DNA from: Octopus bimaculoides
Taxonomy: Eukaryota
Direction: 5' to 3'
DNA length: 64,000 bases
NCBI RefSeq assembly: GCF_001194135.2
Contig: NC_068998.1
Location: 45,152,599-45,216,598, forward strand
How positions within the stretch are numbered: position 1 is the stretch's first letter; each line of letters opens with the position of its first letter. This document shows, one piece after another, positions 1 through 12,447 of the stretch. A model generated the notes under the pieces. The model was given only the letters and a program-made list of their open reading frames with translations, searched no databases and was not told where the DNA came from. Position numbers and translations under genes: made by a program.

Positions 1-267
1 ATTTATATACACATGTGTGTGTGTGTGTGTGTGTATTTGATATCTAGACAGACATTTCTTTATTCATTTAGTTTGGAAAGTTCTGCACAGTAAGTTTAAA
101 CTCAGAATCATATGATCGTAAAGCAAACTGCTTCATTATACAGTATTATCTGTATTAATTATTAATTCTGTTCCCTAACTTTAGTAACTAGATAAATAAA
201 TTACTAAATCAAAGCTTAAATGTTCCTGTTTGCTCTCCATGCTGGCATGGGTTGGACGGTTTGACAT

Positions 268-548
268 TCACCAGATTTAGCACCTGCAGATTTACATCTT
301 TTTCCCAAGATAAAAATACTGCTCAAACGTCACCGTTTTAAAACTGTTGCCGAAAACCAGAGCAAATCACAGAAAGTCCTTTTGGAAAACAACTTCCAGG
401 CAGGATTACAAAAGTGGCAGGAACGCTGGAACCAGGGTATTGCTGCACAAGGGGACTATTTCAAAAGAGATGATGTTAAAACTTAGGTAAATAAGTTTTC
501 TTTTTATTAAACATAGCTAGTCCGGGAACTTGTTGATACTTCCTCATA
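268..548 (+). mobile_element. Tc1/mariner transposon 3' remnant (transposase C-terminus plus right TIR)
   Basis: 268-486 reads in frame as SPDLAPADLHLFPKIKILLKRHRFKTV...FQAGLQKWQERWNQGIAAQGDYFKRDDVKT*. It contains the mariner (Y)SPDLAP motif and the W..RW..(C)I...GDYF tail, and is followed by TIR-like agtccgggaacttgttgatacttcctcata ending in TA. Confidence 0.9.
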
Positions 549-1304
549 CTAGGGTTAATTTGATACTTCATGGCAACATGGCTACTAAAGTGAAGTACCT
601 ATCATAAACTAGGGTTGCTTGGATTTACTACACTCTTCCGTAATAAATAATTTAGTAGCCCAGTACCAAAATAAAGAATCAATGGTCATAATTTCTTGTG
701 AAATTCCCACTCTCTTTTTCTAATGTAAAGTAATTAACTTCTCTTCATTAATATATTTCTTAGCCAAAACTTCATTTACATTATGCACTGACTTCAGATT
801 ATGCAATACACAGACATAAATGTTTTTTGTTTTTTTTCTACGCTTACAACAACATTCATTAATTGCTATGTTTTAAGACATCTAATTACAACTCTGCATT
901 GTTATTTACATTCTTATCTTCTACTTTATACATATTAAACCTAATGAATTAATATATTGTTGATTTTAATATTCAGAGGTTAATTAGTATACTCACTCAC
1001 TTTTCAGACATCAGTCATCCTTATTCCACCTTTATGAGCCATTCTACTAATATGCCAGGGAAGAGATGCTATATTTTATAAAACAATTAAGCTATTTCTA
1101 TTGAATCATGTCTTTGCTTCCAACAAATATTTCACATATGTTAAATCTGATCCATTACCATTCAGTATCAACAATGGGATTAGATTGATTCATCTGTATT
1201 TGTAGAATGTCACAAGACAATAAGTAAATGAATAGAAAAATAAACCATTATCTTTATCCAATAATAGTAAAGATATGGAAATATATAGGAAATTATAAAT
1301 ATTA

Positions 1305-1873
1305 AGTATTAATATTTATTGCCAAGCAAACAGCAGTCCAGAGAAATAGGAAGAATGTTGCCGTTGATTAGCTCTGAGAGGTCATTGCTTCTAGCTAGCT
1401 GTGTGTCACATAAATCTGTGCCCATTACAACCTTTGAACAGGGGAGATCATCATCTTCTTGCTGGATCAACATCCACAGACCGGTTTCGGGGTATTTGCT
1501 CCTTATCAATGTGGAGTAGCTGAACCCAGCAGGTGTCACTGTTGACTGTCTGTTCAAAGGTTTATTTATATATATATTCAGTGGAACACATCCACTGATT
1601 TTCAGAAATACAAATATTATTATTTCTAAATCTCTCTAAAGGAGACTATGGCAGCAGTACTGGTATTAATATTTATTGCCAACCTAACAAGGCAGTCATG
1701 AGAAATAGGACGAATGCTGCCATTGATTAGCTCCGAGAGGCTATCGCCCATAGCTCGCTACGTGTCACACAAATCTGTGTCCATTGGACTGCCATGTTAG
1801 CTTGGTGATAAATACTAATACCCAGTACTGCTGCCATAGTCTCCTTTAGAGAGATTTAGAAATAATAGTATTT
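1305..1873 (-). mobile_element. Penelope-like (PLE) pseudo-LTR remnant: two tandem copies plus an inverted partial copy
   Basis: 1305-1426 is repeated at about 1662-1785. 1612-1697 is inverted at 1787-1873. A hammerhead-like fold lies at 1473-1515 (-). Partial-tandem and inverted pLTRs with minimal hammerheads are typical of PLEs. Confidence 0.6.
1473..1515 (-). ncRNA. Degenerate minimal type-I hammerhead ribozyme
   Basis: Minus strand reads TCCACA-TTGATAA-GGAG caaata CCCC-GAAA-CCGG-TC-TGTGGA. This gives a perfect 6-bp stem I, a core 2 mismatches from CUGAUGA, stem II, GAAA, a palindromic stem III (ACCGGU) and a GUC cleavage triplet. Confidence 0.7.
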
Positions 1874-2201
1874 CTATTTTTATAAATATTAAATCCTCAT
1901 TTCTCTTTTCCACAATAATTCTATTTTTTGATCTGATTAGTAATTTTTTATTATTTTGACAACTATATTTTGAGAATATTATCTGTTTTCTCTTTCTCTC
2001 TTCTTCTTCTATCTCTCTTTCTCTGTCTCACATAGATATAAAAGAGTAGCTTAAAATATGGATTCATAGAATCATGGAGCTATCACGGTAAACTCCCATC
2101 TGGACTTCTCTTTCAGTTTACATAGCAATCAATTGCAATTTAGTGTAATGTAATGGGTTCCATACAAATGAAAACCTTAAAAATCAGAGAAAAGGAAGTA
2201 T

Positions 2202-2265
<64 letters not shown>

Positions 2266-2266
<1 letters not shown>

Positions 2267-2430
2267 ATCGGCTTCCACACAGTTTCCATCTACCAAATTC
2301 TTTCACAAGGCATTGGTTAGTGTTATTGCTTAAGTAGAAGGCACATGCCCAAAGTACGACACAGTGAAACTGAACCTGAAATTACTGAGTTGCACAATGA
2401 GCTTCTTAACCCCACAGTCATGCCTGTACC
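2266..2430 (-). mobile_element. tRNA-derived SINE family B, 5' part
   Basis: Matches the head of the fuller copies at 41837-42240 and 63544-63930 (ttcagtttcactgt..cttgggca..cttctact..ccttgtga..tttggtagatggaaactg). Confidence 0.75.
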
Positions 2431-2584
2431 TTCTAGCCATTATATATAAATATATATATGTGTGTGTGTATGTATGTGTGTGTGTATGTATATATATATA
2501 TGTGTGTATGTATGTATGTGTATGTATATATATATATATGTGNNNNNNNNNNATATATATATATATATGTGTGTGTATGTGTAC

Positions 2585-2641
<57 letters not shown>

Positions 2642-3124
2642 TACACACAAAGATGTATGTGCATGTTTGTATATAATGATTTTTATTACTGATTCTCTAA
2701 ATATTTCTTTCAATTTCATTTCTGTTTGTTCAAAATTTATAATATTCCAAACGACTAAATTGAAAAATTATATAACTGTTGTTTGGGTGATGTATAGGTG
2801 TCTTCATTCATGAATAGTTATGTTTAGGTGCTCTTCCTCTTTACCCCCGTACTGCCTCTTTTCTACTATTTTGTCACCCTTTTGTCCACTCTTGCCTAAA
2901 ACCCTCTGTCTTTTATTCATTTTACTTCATTTGAAACACTTTCTCAACCTTTTTTTCTTCAGTTCTTTGCTTCCCCTTCTTCATTCACCCCACATCCAGA
3001 TTCCTGACCTTCTCACATTTATTTTTCACTCTTCTCCCATCAGTCCCCACCATAGCTTCTTTATGTTAATTTCTTCTTATTCACTTACCTGAAACTCAAG
3101 TAACAATGCCTCTCTCACTCTCTG

Positions 3125-3179
<55 letters not shown>

Positions 3180-4696
3180 TGTTTTCCCTCCAGCAAAGGG
3201 CAAGGGTCCATGACCTAAGATTCTTTATTCTTCTTTGCAATTGAACTTAACTAAACTCTTCTGTTGACTATTTGTTGCCAGTTCAGACCGTCAGAATTTT
3301 CAGATTCCTGGTTTTACTCTTGTTAGTAGTTAATCTTGTGTTCTTCATTCTGTAAACCAATTCCACCAGGATCAAGTCTGCCTCACTTTTTTTTCTTAGA
3401 GTTCATAAAAAATATATACACTAGTATTGGCTATACCTTCTCGTTCAATCAAATTGGCAATGTATGTGGTGAAAAACAAATCGCTATTTCCATTATCTCT
3501 ATCTTGCACAGTTGTATGTCTAAGTTGGCAATGATTACCTTGTTTTAGAAAACAGATGCAGTTCCTTTTATATATTTATCTCTTGTATCAAACTGAAAGT
3601 AGTACGAATTTAAATTTTTGGGGTAAGTTACATATTCATCAAGTAATGTTTGCTTATCAACGTATGCATATTTTCTCATAAAAAAGAGGGAAAAATACTA
3701 TTTTCAAGTAGGAAAGCCTTTAAAACATGTAATGTATTGATTCTTCACTTCTTAATGCCAATTGTCCATCACAACAAAGAAATGGCCTTTTATATGTCAT
3801 CTTCACTATTCGCTGCTATTTAAATTTTAAAACTTTATTCAGTTGTTCACTGACTATTAATGTATAAAATTGTATGACAATTTTATACACCATTCAAATG
3901 TTGAACCCTTCTTTAGATAAAAGCCTGTTACTTGAAAAATTGTAACACAAAATTCATTTCTTTGCCTGTATCAATTCCATTGAAATCAATGGTCTCTTGT
4001 AGCAAAGGAAAATTATCTTATACCTATTTGTTTGATCTTGAAATATTAGAAGGAAAAAAACAACAGGAAAATATATTTCCCAATGAGCTTTGAAGTATCT
4101 TGCCAATTTTGATTATTGATTAAGTATTTTCATATAAATGTAAGGAGGCGGGGGTCGAGAGAGAAAAAAAATAAACCATCAGTCTTTTGATGTAATGTAA
4201 ACAATTTGATGGTCAGGCAAGCCATCCTCAAACTATTAAATACTGAAAATATACCAAATATTAGCTTAAAAGATGTTGAAAGTGTTATAGATATTTGTAT
4301 ATTAGACCTAATGGAAGATTTGGCAAATGCAATTTTTTTTTTTAGTTTATTCATTTATGATTTATAGCAATATACATATTTATACGTATTTTTGTATGAA
4401 TGTGTGTTGAATCTACTTCTGTTTTCTTATACATCAATTTTGAAATGCATATATCTAATTATATCTATTCTTATTCTATGATTTTGCTCTTTCTCTGTCT
4501 GGTTCTTCTTTCTCCCTCTCTTTCTCTGTCCCTCTTGCTTTCTCTCTCTCTCTCTTTCATGTATTCGTTTATACAAATTCATGCACAGATACAATGCACA
4601 TATGTATGTTCATGTCAGTATATACACATTTATATGTGAGCATAGTAACTTTGATTTCAAGCCTGTACCTAAATGTTTCATGCTACCAGCCTCATA

Positions 4697-5511
4697 NNNN
4701 NNNNNNNNNNNNNNNNNNNNNNNNNNNNNNNNNNNNNNNNNNNNNNNNNNNNNNNNNNNNNNNNNNNNNNNNNNNNNNNNNNNNNNNNNNNNNNNNNNNN
4801 NNNNNNNNNNNNNNNNNNNNNNNNNNNNNNNNNNNNNNNNNNNNNNNNNNNNNNNNNNNNNNNNNNNNNNNNNNNNNNNNNNNNNNNNNNNNNNNNNNNN
4901 NNNNNNNNNNNNNNNNNNNNNNNNNNNNNNNNNNNNNNNNNNNNNNNNNNNNNNNNNNNNNNNNNNNNNNNNNNNNNNNNNNNNNNNNNNNNNNNNNNNN
5001 NNNNNNNNNNNNNNNNNNNNNNNNNNNNNNNNNNNNNNNNNNNNNNNNNNNNNNNNNNNNNNNNNNNNNNNNNNNNNNNNNNNNNNNNNNNNNNNNNNNN
5101 NNNNNNNNNNNNNNNNNNNNNNNNNNNNNNNNNNNNNNNNNNNNNNNNNNNNNNNNNNNNNNNNNNNNNNNNNNNNNNNNNNNNNNNNNNNNNNNNNNNN
5201 NNNNNNNNNNNNNNNNNNNNNNNNNNNNNNNNNNNNNNNNNNNNNNNNNNNNNNNNNNNNNNNNNNNNNNNNNNNNNNNNNNNNNNNNNNNNNNNNNNNN
5301 NNNNNNNNNNNNNNNNNNNNNNNNNNNNNNNNNNNNNNNNNNNNNNNNNNNNNNNNNNNNNNNNNNNNNNNNNNNNNNNNNNNNNNNNNNNNNNNNNNNN
5401 NNNNNNNNNNNNNNNNNNNNNNNNNNNNNNNNNNNNNNNNNNNNNNNNNNNNNNNNNNNNNNNNNNNNNNNNNNNNNNNNNNNNNNNNNNNNNNNNNNNN
5501 NNNNNNNNNNN
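4697..5511. other. Assembly gap. Others: 2543-2552, 14438-14500, 18039-18050, 24841-25727, 27309-27608, 38879-39626, 47181-47280, 49440-50053, 55811-56120, 61495-61830
   Basis: N runs, most abutting (TA)n or another microsatellite. Confidence 0.98.
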
Positions 5512-5855
5512 NGATCACGGTTTCGATTCCCAGACTGGGCGTTGTGAGTGTTTATTGAGTGAAAACACCTAAAAGCTCCACGAGGCTCCGACAGGGGGTG
5601 GTGGCGAAACCTGCTGTACTCTTTCACCACAACTTTCTCTCACTCTTACTTCCTGTTTCTGTTGTGCCTGTAATTCAAAGGGTCAGCCTTGTCACACTGT
5701 GTCACGCTGAATATCCCCGAGAACTATGTTAAGGGTACACATGTCTGTGGAGTGCTCAGCCACTTGCACGTTAATTTCATGAGCAGGCTGTTCCGTTGAT
5801 CGAATCAACTGGAACCCTCGACGTCGTAAGTGACAGAGTGCCAACAACAACAACT
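5512..5855 (+). mobile_element. tRNA-derived SINE family C (5' end lost in gap)
   Basis: Near-identical to 35973-36357 and 40557-40936 (B-box ggtttcgattccc; gtggagtgctcagccacttgcacgttaatttc; caacaac tail). Confidence 0.85.
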
Positions 5856-6194
5856 TTTATAATTAAATATTTTTAGGAATTGTATTAAAAAATTGTTCGA
5901 ATATTTTGTGTATTGTAAAGTTATAACCAATTCATGGCACATAATTTTTAACAGCAGAATCTTATATGGACCCTAGCTGAGAACCACTGTGCTAGATGTA
6001 TTGAGTTACTAAAGACTTAAATATTTTAGTCAAGAACTTGATGCAACACAGGGGACAAGGTACAGGCTGCTAATTATTTGACTCACCGTCTACTATATTA
6101 CTAAGTCAACAGGCTGTAGTTTCTCTCTCTTTCTCATTTGTGTGTTTATATCCATACTCAAAAACACATGTATGTATTTGAGTGTATACATAAT

Positions 6195-6415
6195 TATTTC
6201 TTTATTGCCCACAAGGGGCTAAACATAGAGGGGACAAACAAGGACAGACAAGCGGATTAAGTCGATTACATCAACCCCAGTGCGTAACTGGTGCTTATTT
6301 AATCGGCCCCGAAAGGATGAAAGGCAAAGTCGACCTTGGCGGAATTTGAACTCAGAACATAACGGCAGACGAAATACCGCTAAGCATTTCGCCGGCGTGC
6401 TAACGTTTCTGCCAG
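6195..6415 (-). mobile_element. tRNA-derived SINE family A (CORE-like)
   Basis: Reverse complement of the copies at 43771-43990 and 48374-48604 (gagttcaaattccgcc..gactttgcctttcatcctttcgggg..). Confidence 0.9.
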
Positions 6416-8583
6416 AGTGTATACATAATACATATGTATGTATAGCAACTAGGATTTTAAGAGGTATTCAATGACCAATCTTGAGTTATAAGTTCATAAT
6501 ACTGACAGTAAAAATGTCCGTGTGTGTGTATTTAAGTGCCTGTGTATTCTTTCTCTTAGATTTTACTTATTTAATTAATTTTTTTTTACAATTTCTTTAC
6601 ACTACATAAATTTCCTATTGTTTATGTGGCACATTTTTTTTCATTTATATCTCTTATTTATTACCAAGACGTCTGTCTTGGTAATATTTTAATGAAAATT
6701 GAAGTTGATTATTCGGTTTTTATCTTAGCAATCATAAGACCGATCGTTTTACTTTTATTGTTTTTTTTTTTTGGCCAAGCCATTGTCAGAGTTTCAATAC
6801 AATATAAACTGCAGAAGAAATAAAATTGAAAATATTATTTTCTGCTGCAAGTCTAGTTAATCTTAGAGATATGTCTTTATTTTTGTTTTATAAGTCATTT
6901 GGTTTATTTAATGAGATTTTAGCATTTTCAGAATGTTTATGCTTTTATTTGTGTGTGTGTTTATGTGTGTATTGTTGTTGTTGTCAGTTACTAAAGTATA
7001 TTGATGTTTTATAACTTGATAGATCAATTGAAAATTGAAATTGGGTGGAAAGTAAAAGTAATTTTCAAATTTAATCTATTTTCTTTGGATCTGCAGAAGT
7101 GCAGATGATTTGGATATGTATATATATATATATATATATATCCCCCGTTTTCTTTTCCTTAAGTTTTAATGTTCGTTAGCATTAATCAGTAGTTGGGCTA
7201 TAAATTATAAACTCTTTTGCAAGGAAGCTGTATTTAAATATGTTTGCATTTACTGAATTTGTTGTTCTAAAACTGAGTGTGATACTGATAAATCAAGCAG
7301 CAGAACACTAACTTAGATGCTTCACTGTCTCCAGTCTGTATTTCATTCTACATAATGGGAGGTTGTTGTCCTTTCTTCAGTGACTAATCAACCAAAATTT
7401 CTTCTACAATTCCCATTAATCTTAATTTTCGCCTTTTTATCTTTTGAAGCAAATTATAGTGAGTGCCAATGATATACTGAGGTCATATCAACGTAATATG
7501 GTGAAGTTTACTGAATCACCTAAGTCTGTCTTCTTACAAAGATTTGCTTTATGTCTATTCAAAAATGATCAATATTTAAAAAAATATTTCTATGAAATTT
7601 ATATTACTTCTGTTACCAGTTTTTATCTTCTAAATTCATTTTAAATTCATTAAAAAAATTGTTAACCAAAATAAGTCTAAGAGATTTGAGAAAAGATGCA
7701 TAAATACTAGAACAATTCTTTAGTGAAAATAAAAATAAAAATATTTTTCTTCTTATTAAACCATACTAATAGATTGGTAGAATTTGTAAAACATTATGTT
7801 ATTTAGTTACATGTTTTTGAGTTCTGTCTTCCACTGAAATCAACTTTGTCCTCCATCACTTCTGGAGCTGACAGAGTAACAGCCAAGTACTTAAGGTTAA
7901 TTAAAGAGCCCTCCCTCCAGCTCATGTTTGTGGTTTTGTACCTCTGATGGAAATAATTATGTTTAATATCCATCATGATAATTGAGTAACATTAGTCGTT
8001 CATTTCAGTTAATCCTTTTGTTACAATATATTTCCAAATACTATATTTCTAAAATATACTCCATATGTGTTTGGATTAAATTCTTAAACAATCATGAAGC
8101 GAGACCACTTACATAAAACAACTATAACTTATTTTATTATTTATTGATATATTAAAGTTGTGTTTCACACTCTTACCAAGATATTCTTACATACATATTT
8201 TGCAGAAATGTAAAATCTGTAATGTAAAGTTCTTTAAGTTTTGTTTAAATATCATCATATAAAATGTGCTATTTGCTAATATATTGTTTTAATGCCCATT
8301 ATTATATTTATGGCAGAAATACCCTGTTTTGTTCTGTTTGTTCTTTTCCCTTTCCAAAATGATTCATCTCCACTGTTATTACTTGAAACAGAATAGACAA
8401 AACTACATAGTCTGTAGGTTTGAGTTATGATGTTGACTGATTGGGTTCAGATTCTTCTGCAACTTTTGGAAGAGAAATTTTCTGTTATAAGTTTGCACTC
8501 CATTCTCTTTACAAAAATCATCATAATGGAATCAGACATGATTTACACACTTTACATCAGAAGCAGTGGTTCAATGTCTAGCA

Positions 8584-8887
8584 TAGTGGTTCTCAACTAG
8601 GGTCAATACAGCCCCTGGGGATCCATATAAGGGGATCTACACAACAAAATAGTAAATTGGGGGTACATAATAATATTTTAAGGGCCCCTGAAAAAATTTT
8701 GCTTTAGATCTATTCAATTTCTTTCTCTAACATTTTATATAACTCAACCTACATAAATTGATGTTTGAGAAACAAAATAGAAATTAGTTTTTAAACATCG
8801 AATGGCTATGGCAGGGTGGGGTCCACCAGAATAAAATGGTAACCAAAGGGGTTCAAAGATTTTTTAAAAAACGGTTGAGAACCTCTA
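8584..8887. mobile_element. hAT (Charlie-type) MITE
   Basis: TIRs tagtggttctcaac / gttgagaacctcta. Flanking 8-mers gtctagca / gtcttgta (6/8) resemble the Charlie NTCTAGAN target. Confidence 0.75.
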
Positions 8888-9883
8888 GTCTTGTATATGC
8901 TGTATGTAAAACTCATTTTTTTAAAAAATCATTCAAATTCAGAGTCACTTTTACTAAATATGAAAGTTATATAATTTCATATGATTTTGAAAAGGGTACA
9001 ATGTTACAGAAATAAGGAATAAGAAAGGATCTGGAATAATGTCCAAAATATTCAGAAAACCCAAATATTATATTCAAAAAAATGTCAGTCAGTCTTTTAT
9101 ATTATTTATCAACATTCTTCTTCATAGTTTTAGTACATTTTAAAAATATAACAAGGGGTGAAATTAATTTTCTATTAATCATAAAGTTCATAAAAACTGT
9201 TTACTAGTCCATCAAAACAAAACAAAACACATTATCTTTTGTAGCTACCCTCAGCTTATCTTCAAAAATTATTTTAAAGAAATAATTTTTATTATTATTT
9301 TTTGTTATTATTAAACCTTTTTTTTTCTTTAATCTACAACCCAATACTTCATCTCCTTCCATTTCAACGTATCCTAGTTGAGTTTTGTGCTTTGATCGAT
9401 TTAGCCCCTCTTCTGAACTTGTCAATCATGTACCATTTTTTTTCTCAGTTGGAGGTAATCCAAAAACGGTTTGCAGCATTTCTGTTGCCATTTTGTCTTA
9501 GGCCTGTTGTATTATAACATATAAACATTGTGGAGGCATCTTTTCTCTCTGTCTCCATTATGCTGGGGTTGAGGTAATGTAAAAATTGTAAACCTGAAAG
9601 AATCTCCAACTAACAAAGGGTTGTTTGTGGTTATCAGTTAAACAAATATTGTCCTTTAAATTAAACAGTTTTATCCAGAATGTCTACCTTATCATTGTTA
9701 AACCAAATATAGAATGTTTCTATCAATTAAACAAATATCACACAGGCTTCAGATTAAATGAAAACATTGAGTGTCAAGTTTACTTTATAACTTATTGTTA
9801 GTTTACATATATGATCAAGCATTGTCACTTAATTTTTTTCCTGACTGGGGATGTATTTACATGAAGTAAATAATATCTGTTTT

Positions 9884-10092
9884 AAAATTTGGCTATGACC
9901 ACCAAGTTCAGGGGAGGGGCTGATTCGATTACATTGACCCCACTGCTCAACTGGTACGTATTTTATCAACCCCAAAAGGATAAAAGACAAAGTTGACCTC
10001 ATCAGAATTTGTACACAGAATGAAAAAATGGACAAAATGTTGTTAGCCATTTTGCCCAGCATGCTAACACTTCTGCCAGTTCAACAGCTTAA
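9884..10092 (-). mobile_element. SINE family A, diverged copy
   Basis: ctggtacgtattttatcaaccccaaaaggataaaagacaaagttgacctc matches the family A core in reverse. Confidence 0.75.
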
Positions 10093-10110
10093 TAATAATA
10101 ATAATAATAA

Positions 10111-10640
10111 ATGCCCTGATATGGTACCAAGTAGTGACTCTCATGGCTTCTTATCGTAACTGATTGGAAGTGTTATTGTGTACATTACTTTATCTTGGTA
10201 TAAAAGATGGGCTACAGCAAATATTCTGCTAAATACCACAGATTTGCTTGTCAGTTGCTTGACCTTAACCAGTTGAGTATGTCTCTTAGGGACTGACGAT
10301 ATGTACATCTCTGATCATGAGCAGAAGTAGTGGAGGAGCATCATAGCCATATGTTTAGAGGAATTCTTTGAGGTTTGGATAATTCACCTTTGAAAACATA
10401 ACCCTTATTCAGGGACCTTTTGAGCAGGATGAGCTACTCCACCTGAAGAAAATTCTAACTGGGCACCACCTGAAAGGTCATGCACTGTTCATCTTGATAT
10501 GAGATCACCATCTCGTGCACATATGGTTGTGATGTATGTGCCTGGTGTACCCTTATCAGACGGGTAGTCATGATGGGTATACTGAGCTTCGTATATTTTA
10601 CTCCAGCGTCACTTGGATGGCATGCACTGCTCTCTCACTC
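10111..10640 (-). mobile_element. Non-autonomous repeat family F embedded in (AAT)n
   Basis: About 530-bp unit flanked by (AAT)n on both sides. Its 5' ~130 bp recurs at 47964-48092 (+), also flanked by (ATT)n. Confidence 0.75.
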
Positions 10641-11520
10641 AATAATAATAATAATAATAATATTGAAAACTTTTGGAAGCAGTTTTAGTTAGAGTGATGC
10701 TTACAGTTTCTTTTATGGGATATTACAATATTAATCATCACTTATCAGTAATTCAAACTCTGACTTTGCATTAATAAGAATTGGGCTGAACTTCTGAGAC
10801 ATTTTTGATAAAAAAAAAAAAAAAGTGTGTACTTTGTAAGCTATCCAATGCAATATTCTGAAAAAATTGAGAATTAAAACTAGGCACATGGATCTATGTA
10901 GTATTGTAAAACATGAAACTTTTAGTACAGTGCTTTACTACTTGGTAATATCTATACTGTCCAGATTATTCAAAATTAAACTGAATTAGGGTTTGAACTC
11001 AAGTCAAATATTTTCTTTATATCTCAGAAACTTTATTCCTCTTCCTCCGTTGTAATTTACTTTTCCCACATTTGTTGCCAACTTCTCTCCTTAATACAAG
11101 ATCCTGTCACCTTGTATCAATATGAGTTTCTACTAGCTGTATTTAAATCGCATGAAAAGATATTATTGAAAAGATATTATTGAAAATAATCTGTGGCAGG
11201 AGAGTTAGTTTGATCAGCCTACCTAAAGAGACACTGAACACACATAAGACTACATTCGATAAAAAAAAATATATCTTTCTTCACAAATCTATTGTAGATC
11301 AGGTTTAAAACCAGTGCTCTTTATCTTACCATTGCTTTGTATCTGCTGTGTTAATTCTCTTGTTAATAGAATGAACTTATTTTATGTCTTATCTACTGGC
11401 TGCTTGTCATTTACAGTGGGTTTTACTAAGTCAATGCTTCTCATACAGTATTGATTTCTTTGGACTGAATTTTTCTAGGGAAGAGGTATAATATATTTAA
11501 TTTATCTCAGTATTTCTTTA

Positions 11521-11723
11521 TTCTTTTATTTGTTTCAGTCATTTTGACTGTGGCCATGCTGGAGCACCGCCTTTTAGTCAAACAAATCGACCCCAGGACT
11601 TATTCTTTGTAATCCTAGTACTTATTCTATCGGTCTCTTTTGCCAAACCGATAAATTACGTGGGCATAAACACACCAACATCGGTTGTCAAGTGATGGTG
11701 GTGGGACAAACACAGACACCCAA

Positions 11724-11773
<50 letters not shown>

Positions 11774-12100
11774 CAATGCAAGGATGTGGTACATGTAAAG
11801 TATTAGCAGATGAAAGTATTAGGAAAGAAAGGTAGTTTTATGTTTTGAGCAAAGCTCTTCATCAGAAACAGGGGACGGAGGAAAGATCAAGAGAAAAGGT
11901 AGATGGAGGGGAAAAAAGATCACCAATGGTCCACATGTGGTTGTACGACGGGCTTCTTTCAGTTTCGTCTACCAAATCCACTCACAAAGCTTTAGTCAGC
12001 TCGAGGTTATAGTAGAAGACACTTGCCCAAGGTGCCACACAGTGGGACTGAACCCAGAACCATGTGGTTGGTAAGCAAGCTACTTACCACACAGCCACTC
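11521..12100 (-). mobile_element. SINE family B with internal (CA)/(TA)n and an extra ~170-bp insert
   Basis: Both halves match family B; there is unrelated sequence at about 11775-11945. Confidence 0.85.
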
Positions 12101-12414
12101 AACCCTTCACTTCAACTGAGAGAGAGATGAAAAAAATTATTGGCTTTATGAAATTTGAACTCAGAATATTGCCATACTGAAATAGGCTTGGTAATACACC
12201 CATTCAGGTATTTTATTATATCCACTTCTTTTTGACCAGAACACTTGAATTAACAGTTTCTACAGAACATTCTATCTAAATATGAAGATGCAGACCTATA
12301 TGTTTCACAACAACAAATATACTTTCCCTGCACAAATTGATTTACTATATGGTCTTTTAATAATAAAATTGTTCTGTTTTGTCCCTTATTTAATTTTTGA
12401 TATAACTACAATCA

Positions 12415-12447
12415 TTTTCTTTTTTCTTTTTTTAATTTCAGGTGAGT
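12415..12447 (+). other. Fused 3'/5' splice motif (candidate recursive splice site)
   Basis: cattttcttttttcttttttTAATTTCAG|GTGAGT: a long U-tract, AG at 12440-12441 and GT at 12442-12443. Confidence 0.4.

Noticed and set aside
2330-2813. YIYI/CVCV/THTH/ERER/IIII/NNNN ORFs here and elsewhere
   Set aside because: Translations of microsatellites.
4581-5630. Long ORFs (up to 413 aa) in the ORF track at 4.6-5.6, 24.6-25.8, 38.8-39.7, 49.4-50.1, 55.5-56.2 and 61.4-61.9 kb
   Set aside because: They are open only because they span N-gaps.
9360-9425. Possible hammerhead (cagaaga-ggggc..) on the minus strand
   Set aside because: No closing stem II, GAAA or stem I.
11154-11186. Short tandem duplications (14-bp unit here; 16-bp unit at about 62481-62520)
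   Set aside because: Ordinary slippage; too few units and no spacers, so not CRISPR-like.
11331-11476. Minus-strand acceptor/donor pair
   Set aside because: Stops in all three frames.
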